From Hydrurus foetidus (lineage: Eukaryota), in NCBI GenBank assembly GCA_900617105.1, contig UYFQ01000006.1, positions 930,001 through 986,237 of the forward strand: a DNA stretch of 56,237 bases. The letters run 5' to 3'. Under the pieces are notes generated by a model that had not been told where the DNA came from, did no database searches, and worked only from the letters and a program-made list of their open reading frames with translations. This document shows positions 1 through 8,856 of this stretch, piece after piece (positions within the stretch are counted from its first letter, which is position 1; every line of letters begins with the position of its first letter). A program made the translations under genes and the position numbers.

Positions 1-2
1 CC

Positions 3-1739
3 GCCGTCTACGACCTGAGTGCCGACGAAGAAAGTCAAGTCGCCGTGAACATCGACGGCACGCGCCACACTGTGGATTTCGCCAAAGCCATCGACGCAGC
101 TCACCTGCACCATGTGTCGTCCATCGCCGCTGCCGGGCTGTACGAAGGCGTGTTCCGCGAAGACATGTTTGAAGAGGCCGAGAACATCGAGCACCCCTAC
201 TTCATGACCAAGCACGAGAGCGAAAAAATCGTGCGCAAAGAAGCCAAAATGCCCTGGACGGTCTACCGCCCCGCGTTGGTGGTGGGGGATTCGCAAACCG
301 GCGAGATGGACAAGATTGACGGCCCGTACTACTTCTTCAAACTCATCCAGCGTATGCGGCAAATTTTGCCCCCGTGGATGCCCAGCATAGGCCTGGAGGG
401 CGGGCGTATCAACATCGTGCCAGTGGACTTTGTGGTGGCTTCTCTTGACCACATCAGCCACCAAAAAGGCGAGCTGAACAAAAAATGTTTCCATTTGGTC
501 GACCCTGAAGGCTACCGCGTCGGTGACGTGCTGGATATTCTGAGCAAAGCCGCGCACGCCCCTAAGATGAACCTGTTCATCAACGCCGCGCTGTTGGGCT
601 TCATCCCCAAATCGGTCAAAAAAGGCCTGATGGCGCTGGCCCCGGTACGCCGCGTGAAGGGTGCCATCATGAAGGACTTGGGGCTACCCGAGGACATGTT
701 CACCTTCATCAATTTTCCCACCCGCTACGATTGCCGCGACACCACCGCTGCGCTCAAAGGCTCGGGCATTGATTGCCCCAAATTCGCTGACTACGCTTGG
801 CGCTTGTGGGACTACTGGGAGCGCCACCTCGACCCGGCCCTCAAGATCGACCATTCCTTGCGCGGTACCGTGGCAGGCAAAGTGGTGCTGATTACCGGCG
901 GTTCGTCCGGCATTGGCTTGGCTGCTGCCGCCAAATTTGCCGAAGCGGGTGCCATCACCATCATCTGTGCCCGCGACGAGGCCAAACTGGCAGAAGCGAA
1001 AGCTGAAATCCAGGCGGCTGCAGGCAAAGACGCGATCATCATCACCTACTCGGCGGACATCGCCAACGAAGAAAGCTGCAAAGCTTTGGTCGCCACCTTG
1101 GAAGCGGAACACGGCGGTGTGGACTACCTTATCAACAACGCGGGCCGCTCGATCCGCCGCGCCATCGAGGCCAGCTACGATCGCTTCCACGACTACGAGC
1201 GCACCATGCAGCTCAATTACTTCGGCTCACTGCGCGTCACGATGGGCCTGCTGCCCGGCATGGTCGCCAAAAAGAAGGGCCATGTGGTCAACATCAGCTC
1301 CATCAGCGTGCTGGTGAATGCGCCGCGCTTCTCGGCTTACGTGGCCTCCAAAGCCGCTCTGGATGCATGGACAGCCTGCGCCGCCAGCGAATTCGCCGAC
1401 CAGGGCGTGACCTTCACCACCGTCAACATGCCGCTGGTACGCACACCGATGACCGCACCGACCAAGATTTACGACAGCATGCCGCTCTTGTCCACCGACG
1501 AAGCGTCTGACCTGATCGTGCAAGCCGTGGTGGACAAGCCCGTGCGCGTGGCTACCCGCCTGGGCATCTCCGTCGAGCTGCTGCACGCCGCCGTGCCGCG
1601 CATCACGCAAATCCTGATGAACACCACCTTCCGCATGTTCCCCGACAGCTCTGCGGCCAAGGGCGAAAAGCTGGGCAAACCCACGCTGTCCCCCGAAGCG
1701 ATTGCGATGGCGCAGATGATGCGGGGGATTCATTTCTAA
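3..1739 (+). CDS. Two-domain SDR oxidoreductase, fatty acyl-CoA reductase-like (extended-SDR N-domain plus classical SDR C-domain); 5' truncated by window edge
   Basis: Frame is open from position 3 (AVYDLSADEE...). N-domain has HVSS and YxxxK (YFMTK) plus YRPALVVGDS. C-domain has TGGSSGIG, NNAG and YVASK. Confidence 0.85.
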   Translation, partial: AVYDLSADEESQVAVNIDGTRHTVDFAKAIDAAHLHHVSSIAAAGLYEGVFREDMFEEAENIEHPYFMTKHESEKIVRKEAKMPWTVYRPALVVGDSQTGEMDKIDGPYYFFKLIQRMRQILPPWMPSIGLEGGRINIVPVDFVVASLDHISHQKGELNKKCFHLVDPEGYRVGDVLDILSKAAHAPKMNLFINAALLGFIPKSVKKGLMALAPVRRVKGAIMKDLGLPEDMFTFINFPTRYDCRDTTAALKGSGIDCPKFADYAWRLWDYWERHLDPALKIDHSLRGTVAGKVVLITGGSSGIGLAAAAKFAEAGAITIICARDEAKLAEAKAEIQAAAGKDAIIITYSADIANEESCKALVATLEAEHGGVDYLINNAGRSIRRAIEASYDRFHDYERTMQLNYFGSLRVTMGLLPGMVAKKKGHVVNISSISVLVNAPRFSAYVASKAALDAWTACAASEFADQGVTFTTVNMPLVRTPMTAPTKIYDSMPLLSTDEASDLIVQAVVDKPVRVATRLGISVELLHAAVPRITQILMNTTFRMFPDSSAAKGEKLGKPTLSPEAIAMAQMMRGIHF

Positions 1740-1767
1740 ACTGAGCGACGGTTTGGATGAATGAACG

Positions 1768-1799
1768 ATGAAAGGCCCGTTTTGACGGGCCTTTTTCAT
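1768..1799 (+). terminator. Rho-independent terminator
   Basis: AAAGGCCCGT-TTTG-ACGGGCCTTT stem running into a T-tract, about 30 nt after the SDR stop. Confidence 0.85.
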
Positions 1800-1813
1800 G
1801 CAGAAGAGCGTTT

Positions 1814-1851
1814 CTGACCGAAACCATCAACAGGTCTACAATTTGGTCTAC
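1814..1851 (+). promoter_or_regulatory. Putative sigma70 promoter and operator of the TA operon
   Basis: CTGACC (1814-1819), 17 bp spacer, TACAAT (1837-1842). Direct repeat GGTCTAC at 1833-1839 and 1845-1851 overlaps the -10. RBS AGGA at 1861. Confidence 0.5.
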
Positions 1852-1870
1852 TTGTTTTCCAGGACTCACA

Positions 1871-2122
1871 ATGCCCTCACTCGAAACCATTGGCACCTAC
1901 GAAACCAAAACACATTTGGCGGACATTTTGCGCCGTGTCGGGGCGGGGCAAGGCTTCACGATCACCCAGCGCGGTGAACCGGTGGCTGAATTGCTCCCCA
2001 CAGGCTCAAGCGCACGCCGTGTTGGCGCTGAAGCAGCGAGCCGCATGCGGCGCTTCATGCGGGAAGCGCCGCAAGGTGCGCCGGTGGACATCAAGGCGCT
2101 GATGAACGAAGGCCGCGACTGA
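1871..2122 (+). CDS. Type II TA antitoxin, Phd/YefM (prevent-host-death) family
   Basis: 83 aa with IGTYETKTHLADILRRV...FTITQRGEPVAEL pattern; stop overlaps the toxin start (TGATG). Confidence 0.85.
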   Translation: MPSLETIGTYETKTHLADILRRVGAGQGFTITQRGEPVAELLPTGSSARRVGAEAASRMRRFMREAPQGAPVDIKALMNEGRD

Positions 2123-2538
2123 TGCGCTTTGTATTGGACAACTCGGTGGTCATGCGCTGGCTGCTGGCGGATGGCAGTGCCGAGCGCTTGGCCTATGCCG
2201 ACAAGGTGTTGGTGCTGTTAGAGCAAGCCGAAGCCCTCGTGCCCGGCATTTGGAGTCTGGAAGCCGCCAATGTCATCCTCAAATCCCAAGCCAAGGGCCG
2301 GGTATCAGATGCCCGCGTTGCCGAGTTTCTGGGCTTGCTTCACACCATGCCCATCTCCACCGACACCAGCACCGTAAGCCGATCACTGGGGGGCACGCTG
2401 CATCTGGCCCGCCGATTCAACTTGTCGTCTTACGATGCATCGTATTTGGAGTTGGCCTTGCGAGAAGGTCTGCCCTTGGCGACGCTGGACGGTGATTTGC
2501 GCGATGCCTTGGCGCAAACAGGTGGGGTGCTGGTTTAG
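2122..2538 (+). CDS. vapC: PIN-domain toxin, VapC family
   Basis: FVLDNS, WSLEAAN, LSSYDASYLELA and LATLD acidic PIN motifs; coupled to the upstream antitoxin. Confidence 0.85.
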   Translation: MRFVLDNSVVMRWLLADGSAERLAYADKVLVLLEQAEALVPGIWSLEAANVILKSQAKGRVSDARVAEFLGLLHTMPISTDTSTVSRSLGGTLHLARRFNLSSYDASYLELALREGLPLATLDGDLRDALAQTGGVLV

Positions 2539-2594
2539 GGCGTCAATACGCTGAAAGATCGGTTCGCTACAATGCCAGCAAGTTTCATGCCTCT

Positions 2595-3224
2595 ATGCAA
2601 ATCCCCTACATCCCCTCCTTTTCTCTGGCCCTCAGTTTGGTTTGTGCGTTGCTCGCTGGCCCCGTGTTGGCCGAGAAGGCTGACCGTAACAAACCGATGA
2701 TCATTGAGTCTGACGCGCTCAGGGCCGATGACCTCAAGCAAATCACCATCGCCACCGGCAAGGTGCTGGTCACCAAAGGCACCATCATCATCCGTGGCAC
2801 CCGTGTTGAGGTGCGCCAAGACGCTGAAGGCTACCAGTTTGGTACGGTCACAGCTGAACCCGGTGCCCGTGCCTTTTACCGGCAAAAACGCGAAGGCCTG
2901 GAAGAGTTCATTGAGGGTGAAGGCGAGGTCATTTACTACGACGGCAAAGCCGACACCGTGCGCTTTGTGCGCCGTGCTGAGATGCGCCGCTATAAAGGTG
3001 CGCAGTTGTTTGATGAAACTGCTGGCAGTTTGATCGTTTACGACAACGCGACCGATGTGTTCACCGTAGACAGCGGTGCCGCCGCCGGTCTTGCTCCTGG
3101 CACGGGTGGCCGCGTTCGCACCATGCTGACCCCCAACCCCAGCTTGGGCGCCGCCGCACCAGCCAAAACAACGACAGCCCCCGCATTGCGTTCCAGCTCC
3201 ACCCTCGGTGGGGACAAAAAGTGA
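2595..3224 (+). CDS. lptA: LPS export periplasmic protein LptA
   Basis: Signal peptide, [30 protein letters not shown]-terminal motif; directly upstream of lptB. Confidence 0.9.
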   Translation: MQIPYIPSFSLALSLVCALLAGPVLAEKADRNKPMIIESDALRADDLKQITIATGKVLVTKGTIIIRGTRVEVRQDAEGYQFGTVTAEPGARAFYRQKREGLEEFIEGEGEVIYYDGKADTVRFVRRAEMRRYKGAQLFDETAGSLIVYDNATDVFTVDSGAAAGLAPGTGGRVRTMLTPNPSLGAAAPAKTTTAPALRSSSTLGGDKK

Positions 3225-4042
3225 TGGCGGCGATAGGCTTGGGCTTGCAAGAGGCTGCTGTATCTCAGGCCAGCCCTAACCCCTCCAATCCTTCCAGCCC
3301 CCCCAGTCATCTGCGTGCGCTGCACCTGCAAAAGACATACGGCAAGCGCAAAGTCGTCAAAGACGTGTCGTTGGACGTGGCCAAGGGCGAAGTGGTGGGT
3401 TTGCTGGGCCCCAACGGTGCCGGTAAAACCACCTCGTTCTACATGATTGTGGGTTTGGTGCGGGCTGATGCCGGGCAAATCACCATCGACGGCCAGTCTG
3501 TGGAGCGCATGCCCATTCACCGCCGTTCGCGCTTGGGCCTGGGTTATTTGCCCCAAGAAGCGTCCATCTTTCGCAAGCTGAACGTCGAAGACAATGTGCG
3601 CGCTGTGCTCGAATTGCAAACCGACGACGACGACCAGCCCTTGAGCAAAGCCGCCGTGGAAGAGCGCCTGACCACGCTGCTCGAAGACCTGCGGGTAGAC
3701 CATTTGCGCGATTCGCAGGCGCTGTCGCTGTCGGGCGGTGAGCGCCGCCGCGTTGAAATCGCTCGTGCGCTTGCCACCCAGCCCCGGTTTATCTTGCTCG
3801 ATGAGCCTTTTGCGGGCGTTGACCCGATTGCTGTGATCGAGATTCAGCGCATCATCGGTTTTCTCAAAAATCGAGGCATCGGCGTGCTCATCACCGACCA
3901 CAACGTGCGTGAAACACTGGGCATTTGCGACCGCGCATTCATCATCAGCGATGGCAGTGTGCTGGCCCACGGCACGCCCGCTGAAATCGTGAATGACCCC
4001 GATGTACGCCGTGTGTACTTGGGCGAACACTTCAGAATGTGA
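3224..4042 (+). CDS. lptB: LPS export ABC ATPase LptB
   Basis: [38 protein letters not shown] and [10 protein letters not shown] motifs. Start is GTG 3221 or ATG 3224. Confidence 0.95.
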   Translation: MAAIGLGLQEAAVSQASPNPSNPSSPPSHLRALHLQKTYGKRKVVKDVSLDVAKGEVVGLLGPNGAGKTTSFYMIVGLVRADAGQITIDGQSVERMPIHRRSRLGLGYLPQEASIFRKLNVEDNVRAVLELQTDDDDQPLSKAAVEERLTTLLEDLRVDHLRDSQALSLSGGERRRVEIARALATQPRFILLDEPFAGVDPIAVIEIQRIIGFLKNRGIGVLITDHNVRETLGICDRAFIISDGSVLAHGTPAEIVNDPDVRRVYLGEHFRM

Positions 4043-5676
4043 TGAAGCAAGGCCTGTCATTACGTGTTTCCCAGCACCTCGCGCTGACGCCGCAACTCCA
4101 GCAGTCGATTCGCCTGTTGCAGCTTTCCACCTTGGAACTGGCGCAAGAAGTCGAGCAAATGCTGGACGACAACCCCTTCCTCGAAGTTGAGCTGGAAAGT
4201 TTGCCGCAAGAAGAATTCGGCATCGCCCAAGCCGATACCCCCGTGCGCGAGGAAGACCGGGATTTTGAATTTGCTACCAACGCTATAGCTGCTAACGACC
4301 ACCAGGAAAGCGCAAGCAGCAGTTCTGACGCATCCTCTGATGCCGGGTCTGATGCGCCCACCGAATCCGATGGCAGCCTAGAGCAAAACTGGGAGGGCGA
4401 CGGCAGCAGTGACATGAAGCCCGATGACGGCGAGTGGGGTGGCGACGCGCCACCGCGCAAAAGTGGCACCGATGGCGATGGGGATTTTGATGCCACGGAG
4501 CTCGCCCGCACGCACGAATCGCTCACTGCCCACCTGCACCGCCAAGCCCTGAGCTTGCGTCTGGGGCCAGAAGACCGCGCAGCTTTGCAGTTTTTGATCG
4601 AATCCCTGAATGACGATGGCTATCTGGAAGACAGCCTGCTGAGCTTGGCCCAAGGCTTGGTACACAGCGAGCTTCAGGCCGGTGAAGAGGGGGGCGAAAA
4701 TGAGTATCAAGAGCAGCTCGAAGGCCTCCTGCACCACTTCACTGTGGCGTTGCGCCTGCTGCAAACGCTGGAGCCTACCGGTGTTGGTGCGTGCAACTTG
4801 GGCGAGTGCCTGAGTCTGCAATTGCGTGAATTGGCCGCTTCAGCATCCTCTCAGAGCCATGAACCCGACACCCTACGGGCCGCGCTGGCGGTGTGTCAGC
4901 AGCCGCTGGATTTCATCGCCCGGCGCGACGTGAAACGCCTCGCCCAGCGCTGTGGTGCGGATGAGCAAGCCATCAAAAACGCCTTGAACCTGATCGCCCG
5001 TTTAGAGCCGCGCCCTGGTCGCCGTTTTGTCGATGTGGAGCGCAACATCGTGCGCCCAGATGTGATCGTCAGCCGCGTGCGTGCCCCTGGTCAGCCCAAG
5101 TTCCAGGTGCGTTTGAACGGCGACGTGATGCCACGTCTGCGGGTGCATGACATTTACGCCGGTGCCCTCAAGCAGCACCGGGGCGGTGAACACCAAGGCT
5201 TGACGCAGCGGCTGCAAGAAGCCCGCTGGTTCATCAAAAACATCCAGCAGCGCTTTGACACCATCTTGCGCGTCAGCAACGCCATCGTGGAGCGGCAAAA
5301 GAGCTTTTTTGTCCATGGTGAACTCGCCATGCGCCCGCTGGTGCTGCGTGAGATTGCAGATGAGCTGGGGCTGCACGAGTCCACCATTTCCCGTGTCACC
5401 ACGGCCAAATACATGGCCACGCCCTACGGCACGTTCGAGCTGAAATATTTTTTCGGCTCTGCGTTGGGGACGGAAACCGGCGGCAATGCGTCCAGCACGG
5501 CGGTGCGGGGGCTTATCAAGCAGTTCGTCGCATCCGAAAGCTTGGTCAAACCGCTCAGTGACAGCCAAATCTCCGAGATGCTGCGCGAACAAGGCATCGA
5601 ATGCGCCCGCCGCACCGTGGCCAAATACCGCGAAGCCTTGCGCATTGCCCCAGCCAATTTGCGCAAAACCTTGTAA
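4042..5676 (+). CDS. rpoN: RNA polymerase sigma-54 factor
   Basis: Q/L-rich region I (LTPQLQQSIRLLQL), HESTISR HTH and RpoN box ARRTVAKYRE. Confidence 0.97.
   Translation: MKQGLSLRVSQHLALTPQLQQSIRLLQLSTLELAQEVEQMLDDNPFLEVELESLPQEEFGIAQADTPVREEDRDFEFATNAIAANDHQESASSSSDASSDAGSDAPTESDGSLEQNWEGDGSSDMKPDDGEWGGDAPPRKSGTDGDGDFDATELARTHESLTAHLHRQALSLRLGPEDRAALQFLIESLNDDGYLEDSLLSLAQGLVHSELQAGEEGGENEYQEQLEGLLHHFTVALRLLQTLEPTGVGACNLGECLSLQLRELAASASSQSHEPDTLRAALAVCQQPLDFIARRDVKRLAQRCGADEQAIKNALNLIARLEPRPGRRFVDVERNIVRPDVIVSRVRAPGQPKFQVRLNGDVMPRLRVHDIYAGALKQHRGGEHQGLTQRLQEARWFIKNIQQRFDTILRVSNAIVERQKSFFVHGELAMRPLVLREIADELGLHESTISRVTTAKYMATPYGTFELKYFFGSALGTETGGNASSTAVRGLIKQFVASESLVKPLSDSQISEMLREQGIECARRTVAKYREALRIAPANLRKTL
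4273..4320 (+). repeat. Dispersed GCT-N11-AGC element copy, in frame in rpoN region II
   Basis: Core GCTACCAACGCTATAGC plus tail TGCTAACGACCACCAGGAAAGC; shares ATAGCTGC and ACCAGGAAAGC in exact register with the thiL copy. Confidence 0.65.
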
Positions 5677-5695
5677 AAATAACCGAGACCATTCT

Positions 5696-6937
5696 ATGAA
5701 CCAACTCCAGCTTTTCTTGCCCTGCGCCGCCGGTGTTGAGGAGTTCCTGGCCGCCGAAGTCTTCAACATCACTGGCCAGCAGCCCCAATCGTGGCGCGGT
5801 GGTGTGCTGCTCGATGGCTCTTGGCGCGATGCCCTGCTGCTTAATTTACACAGCCGTTTGGCCCAGCGCGTGCTGGTTCACCTTTCCACCACGCCTTACC
5901 GGGGCGAGCAAGACCTGTACAACGCCTCAGCGGACATTGCCTGGGAGGTCTGGTTCACGCCCAAGCAGAGCTTCAAAATTGAAATCACAGCCCAGCACAG
6001 TCCGCTGCAAAGTTTGAATTTCGCCGCGCTCAAGATCAAAGACGCGCTGGTAGACCGTTTTCGGCACAAAACCGGCGTGCGCCCCGACGTGGAAACCCGC
6101 TGGCCCGATGCCCGTGTCTACGCCCACCTGACCAACGAACACTGCACGCTGTACATCGACACGTCTGGCGAAGCGCTGTTCAAACGCGGCTGGCGGGCTG
6201 ACAAGGGCGACGCACCGCTCAAAGAAACCTTGGCCGCCGCGATGATCGCCGCCAGCGGCTGGGATGCCACCACTCCGCTGTACGACCCCTGCTGCGGCAG
6301 TGGCACCATCACCATCGAAGCCGCCCAAATCGCTTGCAACATCGCCCCTGGCGGTAACCGTCGCTTTGGTTTTGAGAAGCTGCTGCCCTTCCAGGCCCAT
6401 GTGTGGGATGCTATTAAAACCGCAGCTAAAAACGCCGAGCATGCGCCTACTACCGATGTATTTGGCAGTGATGTGGCTTTCCGTATGGTTGATTTTGCCG
6501 AACGCAACGCCGAACGTGCCGGTGTGGCCCACGCGGTGCAGTTTCGCGGAGGAGACGCCTTGCAGCGCATGCCCCCCTGCGAGATGCCCGGTGTGATGTT
6601 GCTCAACCCCCCCTATGGCGAGCGTATCGAGACGGCGGGTGTGGCAGGCCGCGAAAGCGCCCATGTCCAAGCCGAAGATGGCACTTGGCAGAGCAGTGGC
6701 GAGGGTGATGCTGATTTCTTCCGCCTGCTGTCCGCTCACTGGAAGAAGAACTACACCAACTGGACGGCCTGGGTGCTAACCCCTGATTTGAAGCTCCCTG
6801 GCCGGATGCGCTTCAAAGAATCGCGTCGTGTGCCGCTGTGGAACGGCCCCATCGAATGCCGCATGTTCCGCTTTGCGGTGACACCACGGCCCACACCCTC
6901 AGTACCCTCCACCGCAGCGCCTGCCGCCGATGCCTGA
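5696..6937 (+). CDS. rlmL: THUMP-domain rRNA guanine-N2 methyltransferase (RlmL-like)
   Basis: LFKRGWR, APLKETLAAA, DPCCGSGT and NPPYGER motifs. ATG 5696 chosen, 19 nt after the rpoN stop. Confidence 0.85.
   Translation: MNQLQLFLPCAAGVEEFLAAEVFNITGQQPQSWRGGVLLDGSWRDALLLNLHSRLAQRVLVHLSTTPYRGEQDLYNASADIAWEVWFTPKQSFKIEITAQHSPLQSLNFAALKIKDALVDRFRHKTGVRPDVETRWPDARVYAHLTNEHCTLYIDTSGEALFKRGWRADKGDAPLKETLAAAMIAASGWDATTPLYDPCCGSGTITIEAAQIACNIAPGGNRRFGFEKLLPFQAHVWDAIKTAAKNAEHAPTTDVFGSDVAFRMVDFAERNAERAGVAHAVQFRGGDALQRMPPCEMPGVMLLNPPYGERIETAGVAGRESAHVQAEDGTWQSSGEGDADFFRLLSAHWKKNYTNWTAWVLTPDLKLPGRMRFKESRRVPLWNGPIECRMFRFAVTPRPTPSVPSTAAPAADA
6410..6466 (+). repeat. Degenerate copy of the dispersed element inside the rlmL-like gene
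   Basis: Core GCTATTAAAACCGCAGC (GCT-N11-AGC). Tail has CGC at +7 and TATTTG at the same offset as TTTTTG in the thiL copy. Confidence 0.35.
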
Positions 6938-7487
6938 GTCAACGCCGCCTCCAGCCATGATGTTGGTGATCGACACCAACATCGTGCTCGACCTGTGGGT
7001 GTTCCAAGACCCCGCCATGCAGCCGCTGCTGGATGCCCTGCGTGCAGGGGCAGTGACAGAGACGCAGACAGGGCTATACCGGTGGTGTTGCACCACCGAG
7101 ATGCGTGACGAGCTGGTGCGCGTGCTGGGCTACCCCAAAATTATTCGCCGCATGGCCGCGAATGGCTTGCAGGCTGAGGCGCTGCTGCAAGACATCGCCG
7201 CGCACTGGGCGCTGCTGCCCACCCCCGTTCTCCCTGCACCCACCCCGGCCATGCCTGCTGTGCGCTGTGCTGACCCGGACGACCAAAAGTTCATCGACTT
7301 GGCCCTGCACCTCGCACGCCAGGGGCAGGGTGAGCCCTGGTTGCTGAGCAAAGACCACGCCGTACTCTGTTTGAGCAAACCATTGCTGAGGCAGGGTGTA
7401 AAGGTATCATCTTGTAGCCAACCAAGCCCGAGCGCTCTGCCTCGCCTCAGTCTATCGTTCATACCCCGTCCAACAACCCTCTGCTGA
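6930..7487 (+). CDS. PIN-domain protein (putative toxin component), no adjacent antitoxin
   Basis: LVIDTNIVLD, E in DEL, CADPDDQKFIDLA and LLSKD motifs. Start may be 6957 or 6960. Confidence 0.75.
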   Translation: MPESTPPPAMMLVIDTNIVLDLWVFQDPAMQPLLDALRAGAVTETQTGLYRWCCTTEMRDELVRVLGYPKIIRRMAANGLQAEALLQDIAAHWALLPTPVLPAPTPAMPAVRCADPDDQKFIDLALHLARQGQGEPWLLSKDHAVLCLSKPLLRQGVKVSSCSQPSPSALPRLSLSFIPRPTTLC

Positions 7488-7500
7488 AGCCCTTACCTTG

Positions 7501-8856
7501 ATGGAAGCCACCCCTGACACGTTGATGATGGATGTTCACAAACTGCGTATTGGCATGTATGTGTTTCTAGATTTAGGCTGGATGGAGCATCCTTTTCCGC
7601 TGAACCGTTTCAAAATCGCCAACGCGCAGCAGATTGAGCAAATTAAAGGGCTGGGGCTGAAAATCGTCAAGGTACTGACGGCGCTCAGCGATGCCGCAGC
7701 GTTTGTGGAAACGCCCCTGGGCGACAACCCAACGGTAGCGACGGTACTGCCCGCTGTGCCAACGCCGCCATCGCCACCGGCCAAATCCCCTAAACGTCAA
7801 GCACTGGACGCGCAAAATGCCAGCCTAGCGCGTTCTGAGAAAATGTTTGCCGAAGCTGCGGCTGCGTGGAAGCAAATTGCTGTGTTGTCGCAGCGCGAGC
7901 CCATCGCCGCTATGCAGCGCTCGGTCTCGGTTGTCCACGGGTTTTTGGGCGAACTCACCAGTACCCACGAAACCAGTATTCGGTTGTTGTCTGAAATTTC
8001 AGGTGATGGTGGGGCGGTGCATGCGCTGAACGTCACTGTTGTTTCGCTGCTGCTCGCTCGCGCTATGAAGCTCGACGATGCTGCTATGAGCGACGTGGGC
8101 CTGGGGGCGCTGCTGCACGATATCGGAAAACAAACACTGCCAGACCGACTGCGCTGGCATTCACCTCAGTTCAGTGCGGTGGAAGAGCGTACTTTTCGCG
8201 AACACGTCACGCATGGTTTTGCCCTCAGCAGCAACATGGGTTTGACCGCCAGTGCCCAGCAGGTTATTGCCCAGCACCACGAAACCGTTGACGGTCAAGG
8301 CTACCCCAAAGCCTTGACCGGTGCTGAAATGACGCTTCCCGCCAAAATTGTGTCCCTCGTCAATGCCTATGACAATCTGTGCAACCCCGGCAGTGTTGTT
8401 TTAGCTGTCACGCCACATGAGGCTTTGTCGCTGATGTTTGCCCAGCTCAAGCCCCGTTTCGATCCGGCTTGCCTGATGGCTTTTATCCGCTTGATGGGCG
8501 TATATCCACCGGGTTCGGTGGTGCAGCTCAGCGACGAGCGCTATGCGTTGGTTGTGTCTGTCAATGCTGCGCGTCCGCTTAAACCCTGCGTTCTTGTGTT
8601 TGACCCGAAGGTTCCTCGTGACGAAGCCCTGTTGGTGGATTTGCAAGCCGAGGCCGTGATTGGCATACGGCGAAGCTTGCACCCACGCCGCCTCAGCGGC
8701 CCCGCGTTGAACTATCTTTCACCTCGTAAGCGTATGAGTTACTTTTTTGAACGCGGCGCTGAAACCCTCGATTTTCATGTTGGCACTGCTTTGGCAATAG
8801 AGAGCGTTGGGGACGCGAGCGCTAGCGATGTGGCATCACCCGGTTCCCTTGCATGA
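7501..8856 (+). CDS. HD-GYP domain protein with N-terminal DUF3391-like domain (c-di-GMP phosphodiesterase)
   Basis: LRIGMYVFLDLGWMEHPF N-terminus; LLHDIGK, HHETVDGQGYP and GVYPPGS motifs. Confidence 0.88.
   Translation: MEATPDTLMMDVHKLRIGMYVFLDLGWMEHPFPLNRFKIANAQQIEQIKGLGLKIVKVLTALSDAAAFVETPLGDNPTVATVLPAVPTPPSPPAKSPKRQALDAQNASLARSEKMFAEAAAAWKQIAVLSQREPIAAMQRSVSVVHGFLGELTSTHETSIRLLSEISGDGGAVHALNVTVVSLLLARAMKLDDAAMSDVGLGALLHDIGKQTLPDRLRWHSPQFSAVEERTFREHVTHGFALSSNMGLTASAQQVIAQHHETVDGQGYPKALTGAEMTLPAKIVSLVNAYDNLCNPGSVVLAVTPHEALSLMFAQLKPRFDPACLMAFIRLMGVYPPGSVVQLSDERYALVVSVNAARPLKPCVLVFDPKVPRDEALLVDLQAEAVIGIRRSLHPRRLSGPALNYLSPRKRMSYFFERGAETLDFHVGTALAIESVGDASASDVASPGSLA

Noticed and set aside
5486..5695. 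Long N-terminal extension of the rlmL-like ORF in the track
   Set aside because: Overlaps the rpoN 3' end in another frame; homology begins at ATG 5696.
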